A stretch of DNA of 64,000 nt from an uncultured Desulfospira sp. (GTDB lineage: Bacteria; Desulfobacterota; Desulfobacteria; Desulfobacterales; Desulfobacteraceae): positions 5,376,001 to 5,440,000 of the forward strand of contig OY760175.1 of the NCBI GenBank assembly GCA_963663165.1, given 5' to 3'. Each line of letters begins with the position of its first letter. Position 1 is the stretch's first letter. The position numbers and the translations under genes were made by a program. Below the pieces are notes generated by a model. It did no database searches. It saw only the letters and a program-made list of their open reading frames with translations, and was not told the DNA's origin. Positions 59,550-64,000 of the stretch are shown here, one piece after another.

Positions 59550-60232
59550 GGCAAAGCGGCCCGGACGTTGGCCGGTATTGTATATTCCGGCAACCGGTAA
59601 CCGCCGGATTCATGGAAAGACTGAAGTACATCTATCAGGAAATAATCATTGGAGACTACTACAATGGTATGATCGCTATGCTTTCGTGCATACTCGCAGG
59701 AAAACGAAGCGATAACCGAATCCAGGCCGTCAAGGAGTTTGCCGTTTTTAAGGCTTTTTTCATTTCGCTTCTTTTTTTTGGCGAACTTCTCATCAAAGGG
59801 ATTCTCAATGAGCTTTTGCTCACTGTATTGAATGTTTTTTCTAAGCCTTTTTGTTATTTTTTTTATTGCGCCCTGTGACATTTTCTGGTTTGTAATACTT
59901 TCGGCCCCTTTAAAAATATCAGTGTACGAAATATGCGATTCCTCGCACAACGTCCCCCGGTACTTTTTTAAATGACGGTACAGCAGGCCAAAAACGGAAA
60001 ATCTGTTTTCAAACCATTTGTCGTAGTTTTCCAGATCAACATTCTTATGAAACCATAACCCGAGAAATTCCGCCCACACAAGGGAGGGGATGCGCGTCTT
60101 TGCCCCGCATTTTTCCCAGTACCTGAGCGTAGATGTGTGCCAGGGCTCGCACTTTTTTGATCCAAGCAGAATGGCCTCGGCCAGGTTAAACAGGATATTG
60201 GTATCCGGAAGAAAAATTGGATTTTTAATCAT
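59537..60232 (-). CDS. PIN-domain protein
   Basis: FLPDTNIL, VWAEF, LDSVIA, VVSND (PIN acidic residues). Confidence 0.75.
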   Translation of the reverse strand: MIKNPIFLPDTNILFNLAEAILLGSKKCEPWHTSTLRYWEKCGAKTRIPSLVWAEFLGLWFHKNVDLENYDKWFENRFSVFGLLYRHLKKYRGTLCEESHISYTDIFKGAESITNQKMSQGAIKKITKRLRKNIQYSEQKLIENPFDEKFAKKKKRNEKSLKNGKLLDGLDSVIASFSCEYARKHSDHTIVVVSNDYFLIDVLQSFHESGGYRLPEYTIPANVRAALPWRV

Positions 60233-61202
60233 TGTCCATGTCCTCCGCATCATCCAAGTCTTCCCATTCGTCCGGTTTCAGTCCGGCGATATCTTCCGCT
60301 GTCATGGGAACATAGGGAACCTGATCCTGATCCGGAAAATTAAAAATTTCATTTTCGCCATACCAGAGCAGGGCCTCTTCAACAGCCTTATCAAACTCTT
60401 TTTCAAATACCGGAGAGTTAAGATCAAGCATCCGGAAGGGTGAGGCATTAATAATTTTCAGGATCTGTTTTTCATCTTCTTTTGCCGCACCCGTACAAAC
60501 AATCACGTTGGGGGTCGGCTGGACCGAAAATGCTGCTGTGATATGATCTTTAAAAAATTTTCGTCCCCGCAGGTCTTTGGGGGGGGAGGGTATAAGAATG
60601 ACAACCAGGCAGGGATCATGCTCCCGGCATTTATCAGGAATCAGGTCCAGACTGTCAACAACGACCAGGTCTTTATCAAGCTTGGATTTAATGAAATCCA
60701 GAGAAATCTGACAGGATTCCCGGTACAGCAGTACAGCATTCGAATGGGACCGGACGGAAGGAGCCGGTATGCTATGTGAGATCTGCTCCTGACTTTCAAA
60801 CAGCTTGTTAACAACCGATATAAGCTGCTCTTCGCCTCCTCCCCCTCTTTTGTCTTTGTGAACATAGGCGTAAAAATGGTAGTTGGCAGCCGTAAACCAG
60901 TCTTTTACAGTTCCCCTGGCACTGTAAACAATCACGTTTCTCAGAGAGGAGAGCCGCCGCAACACCTCGCCAACGGTTGCCCCGTTGCCGTCAAACTCAT
61001 CCTGCACCTTCCCCATGTCGATATCCAGCAGGTAAAGATGAAAGTAATGCCGGCGGGAAAGGGAGAGCACCTCAGACATATGGTCTGTGCGATGCACGGC
61101 ATACCCCAGTTCTTCAAGGCTCTGTGCAGCCATAAAAGCCGGCTCATCCGGGTTGAAAATTTCATCGTCAAGAAAAAGAATGTTAAACTCGTTTTTATCC
61201 AT
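60225..61202 (-). CDS. Response regulator (receiver + probable degenerate second receiver, no DNA-binding domain evident)
   Basis: ILFLDDE, LLDIDM, GNG, IVYSA, AYVHK. Confidence 0.85.
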   Translation of the reverse strand: MDKNEFNILFLDDEIFNPDEPAFMAAQSLEELGYAVHRTDHMSEVLSLSRRHYFHLYLLDIDMGKVQDEFDGNGATVGEVLRRLSSLRNVIVYSARGTVKDWFTAANYHFYAYVHKDKRGGGGEEQLISVVNKLFESQEQISHSIPAPSVRSHSNAVLLYRESCQISLDFIKSKLDKDLVVVDSLDLIPDKCREHDPCLVVILIPSPPKDLRGRKFFKDHITAAFSVQPTPNVIVCTGAAKEDEKQILKIINASPFRMLDLNSPVFEKEFDKAVEEALLWYGENEIFNFPDQDQVPYVPMTAEDIAGLKPDEWEDLDDAEDMDND

Positions 61203-61215
61203 GTCAGATTCCTTT

Positions 61216-62583
61216 CTATTGTGGGATCTTGCTTCTAATTATAAAGATAGTGGACGCCCGGCTCACTGAGATGTCGATGCTTAATTCCATCATATCACAG
61301 GCCTTTTTGACAAGAGAGAGCCCTAATCCCGTATTCTGGGCCACCCCTTTTTCTGAAACATAGGGATCAAAGACCCGGTTGTTGCGCAACAGGTCCTCTG
61401 GGATCCCTCCGGCAAAATCTTTGAATGTAACAGTATCCCTGTCATAATCCACATCAATGGTCACTGCCGGATCCGGCACGGGGATGTTCCGGCGTTCATA
61501 AGCCTCTTTCGAGTTTAGTATCAGATTTTCAAAAATGATCTTCAGATACCCCCGGTCAGAGAGCCACAGCTTTGCCTCGCCCTCAAAAGAAACAGAAATT
61601 GTAACAGGACTCCAGCTTGTCAGTGTTTTAAAAAATTCTTTCAGGTCCACATCTTCAGGTTCAGGTCCTTGGTTTCTGGATAGACTGAGGATCACCTCCA
61701 TATCCCGGATAACCTGTTCCATTATTACCGGTTCTTTCATATCCGGGGCCTTTTTCCTGGTTCTGTCCACCAGGGAGGTGAGGCTGGATATCTTGGAGTT
61801 GACATCATGATCAAACCTGTGGAGCTGTTCCTGGACCGTAAGGCTGTCAATGAGCTGGCTTCGCCGTGTATGGGCAAAAGAATTTCCGGGATAGGCTTCA
61901 AGACTTTTATCCAGAAAATCCACAGCCCTGCGGGTCAAAAAATAGTAGTTTTGATCTTCGGCTTCAGGATCTGAATATGCCAGTTCCGAGAGAAGTAAAA
62001 ACAGGTTGGAACGGCTTCTGTCAAGATCATCGGCGTTTTGGGTCAGATCAAAGAAAAAATGGATCAGATTTTTGGTGTTGACCACATTCTGGTAATTATT
62101 TCCCCGGCGACGGAAATTGGCCCGCTCCCTGAAAATTTCCCTGATAATGACATCGTAAAAAAGCCTTGCATCCCGTTTGCCTTCAATGGTCAAAGCCTTT
62201 ATAAAGCCGGGAACAACATCCGCCAGCCAGGATTTCAGATGTGGTGCCTGACGGGTAAATGGATCATTGTTTTCCGTGAACCGAACCAGGCCCGTGTCAA
62301 TGGTGTAGTGGAGCAGTTCCTCTATGATATTGTTGGCCCATGTCACTGTATCCGTTTTTCGGGCAATGTCCAGATACTCAAAAAGACGGTTTTTAAACTG
62401 GGTGAACATGGCCTGTTCTTTTGAACGGGTATAAACAAAATAGATGCAGATCAGAATATTGTTCAGATTCCTGTAGCGGTATTCATCTGCAGGCGTACTG
62501 TCCAGGATCTCTTTATAGGCCCTGTAAGCCTTGTCATATTCCTTGGCCCTTAACAGGCTAAGGGCGTTTTGGGGATTTTCCAT
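61216..62583 (-). CDS. Cytoplasmic TPR-containing histidine kinase
   Basis: H-box RFDHDVNSKI, N-box FENLILNSKEA, DFAGGIP, FDPYVS, GLGLSLV; no transmembrane segment. Confidence 0.88.
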   Translation of the reverse strand: MENPQNALSLLRAKEYDKAYRAYKEILDSTPADEYRYRNLNNILICIYFVYTRSKEQAMFTQFKNRLFEYLDIARKTDTVTWANNIIEELLHYTIDTGLVRFTENNDPFTRQAPHLKSWLADVVPGFIKALTIEGKRDARLFYDVIIREIFRERANFRRRGNNYQNVVNTKNLIHFFFDLTQNADDLDRSRSNLFLLLSELAYSDPEAEDQNYYFLTRRAVDFLDKSLEAYPGNSFAHTRRSQLIDSLTVQEQLHRFDHDVNSKISSLTSLVDRTRKKAPDMKEPVIMEQVIRDMEVILSLSRNQGPEPEDVDLKEFFKTLTSWSPVTISVSFEGEAKLWLSDRGYLKIIFENLILNSKEAYERRNIPVPDPAVTIDVDYDRDTVTFKDFAGGIPEDLLRNNRVFDPYVSEKGVAQNTGLGLSLVKKACDMMELSIDISVSRASTIFIIRSKIPQ

Positions 62584-64000
62584 ATTTTCTCTTCGGCTTT
62601 TTAATCATGAATTGGTCAATGGGATAATAGGTTACATGTGCCAGGCTTTCAAAGGGATTGACAGGAGAAAACAAAATAACCTGCTTGAATTCTTTCAGCC
62701 TGTCAAGAAGGGATAAGCTTTTAATGGTATTGTCGCAGATCAATACGGCCAGATGTGTTGCCTTTTCAGCAACGGCATTGTCCAGCAGGTTGTAAATAAT
62801 TTTTTCCTGGGACTCATTTTTTCCTGAGGCTTGCCATTGGATGCCCATTTGCTTTAATGTTTTCTCGTAATTTTCCGGAGGAGCGTTATGTAAAATGATG
62901 TGCTTTTTAATTAACGCTTTTCCTGAAGTTTTGTTAACGATTTTACCAAGTTCGCGGAACTCAATTTTGAATCCTCGAAGGGCCTGGGTGAACTGAATCT
63001 GAATGCCGCCCCTGCCGGCTGCAGGCCGGGGCGCCTTTTTTAGCGGCCGGTCCTTTAAAACGGAGAGGGCCTCGGCAAGACTTAACCGCATCCGGGGTAA
63101 GGGGTTGAGCAGGCCGAGCAGGACATCTTTGAGCTTGGATGAAACCGTCATATTCCGGACCAGGTTCTCATAATCTGTTTTCCGGGTCAGACACTTCTGG
63201 CTGTACAGGTCATATGTATGGGCCGGTTTAATGGATAAAAGAACGTGGATTCCGGCCAGGTAAGCCAGGCTTTTTTCTTTTTCCCAGGCCTGATGTTCCA
63301 CTACTTCCGGCGGAATAATGACCCGGCTGCCCACGACCCGGCTGATCAGGGGATTGAGGCCGAATGGAAACATATTTTCGGACAGCAGCAGCCAGTATTC
63401 AAATATAAAGGGGTTACCCAGGGTGTCGGTCAGGAGAGTCTGCTCCGAGATACCGATCATCCTGAAATTGAGTTTATCCAGGGACAAGAACAGATAAAGC
63501 GTTTTCTCCAGGCCGGATTGAATGATCCAGGATTCCTGCCGGCTGTTCCGCCCTTCTATAAAGCCGGGCATGTGAAGGATATGCCGGTTGTCCCGGACGG
63601 TCTCGATCAGTTCGGGGCAGAAGGTTAAGTTCATGGTAAGGTGGCGAACTGCATTGTCAAGAAGACTGTCCCTTAACTGGGCAGTCATGGGATCAGGCTC
63701 TAATCCGTCATGAACAAAAGTACTCCATGCCGGGATATTAAAAAAATTTTCCTGTTTGCTGGCGGGAATATTGAAAATCGGCTGCCCTGATGCTTCCAGA
63801 TCGCGGATATTTTTGGGGTCTGCGGTCCAGTCCGGACTGAGGCGATAGGGCTTGTCCGGTGTCTTGCGTGAATAAGCATACGCCGGACGTCCCTTTTTTT
63901 TAACCTTCCTCTGGGTCAGGGCAAAGGAAAATTCCTGCATGGTTGAATAGCGCCGGTCCGGATCCTTGTCCAATGCGGTTTTAAATACGGGAATCCAGAA
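62558..64000 (-). CDS. Ser/Thr kinase-like protein (5' end beyond window): kinase C-lobe end, degenerate second kinase-like domain, possible degenerate NYN-like C-terminus
   Basis: Frame is open to the edge: PVFKTALDKDPDRRYSTMQEF; later IIPPEV...LLNPLPRMRLSLAEAL. Confidence 0.7.
   Translation of the reverse strand, partial: FWIPVFKTALDKDPDRRYSTMQEFSFALTQRKVKKKGRPAYAYSRKTPDKPYRLSPDWTADPKNIRDLEASGQPIFNIPASKQENFFNIPAWSTFVHDGLEPDPMTAQLRDSLLDNAVRHLTMNLTFCPELIETVRDNRHILHMPGFIEGRNSRQESWIIQSGLEKTLYLFLSLDKLNFRMIGISEQTLLTDTLGNPFIFEYWLLLSENMFPFGLNPLISRVVGSRVIIPPEVVEHQAWEKEKSLAYLAGIHVLLSIKPAHTYDLYSQKCLTRKTDYENLVRNMTVSSKLKDVLLGLLNPLPRMRLSLAEALSVLKDRPLKKAPRPAAGRGGIQIQFTQALRGFKIEFRELGKIVNKTSGKALIKKHIILHNAPPENYEKTLKQMGIQWQASGKNESQEKIIYNLLDNAVAEKATHLAVLICDNTIKSLSLLDRLKEFKQVILFSPVNPFESLAHVTYYPIDQFMIKKPKRKYGKSPKRP

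Overview
The window looks like a Desulfobacteraceae-type (sulfate-reducing deltaproteobacterial) chromosome; the taxon is an inference from gene content. It has four blocks. (1) 1-9.0 kb: a Mo-nitrogenase operon nifH-nifI1-nifI2-nifD-nifK-nifE-nifN-nifB on the minus strand, with a sigma54 promoter; nifB runs off the left edge. (2) 9.2-14.5 kb: Uma2/Fic remnants, an SNF2 helicase with a YqhG-like partner, and an AAA+DUF4143 ATPase. (3) 14.6-37.6 kb: a relic CRISPR array and a nucleotidyltransferase gene split by a ~21 kb block of nested IS elements. The target-site duplications (TSDs) read A-IS-B...B-IS-A, the signature of a cointegrate, and the cargo includes an AT-rich secreted-protein cluster. 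(4) 37-64 kb: a probable type III CRISPR accessory region. It holds a truncated cas6, an ABC transporter plus phosphoesterase, two arrays (30 and 14 repeats), cas1, a CRISPR-associated primase-polymerase, a TPR protein, hipBA, a CARF-HEPN Csx1-like nuclease and a cas2 with an internal stop. No interference genes (cas10/cas7) lie in the window. The top candidate for a new system is an operon encoding an ECF-like sigma factor, a ZAS/CalpT-like anti-sigma and a Lon-protease-TPR protein lacking a recognisable SAVED sensor. A shared motif TTTAA(A/C)A-N14-TC(C/T)GTA lies upstream of the sigma gene, the TPR-CAPP-cas1 operon and cas6, suggesting a regulon. The second candidate is a Ser/Thr kinase - histidine kinase - response regulator - PIN operon coupled to cas2. 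All family assignments are from motifs read by eye; no database searches were run.
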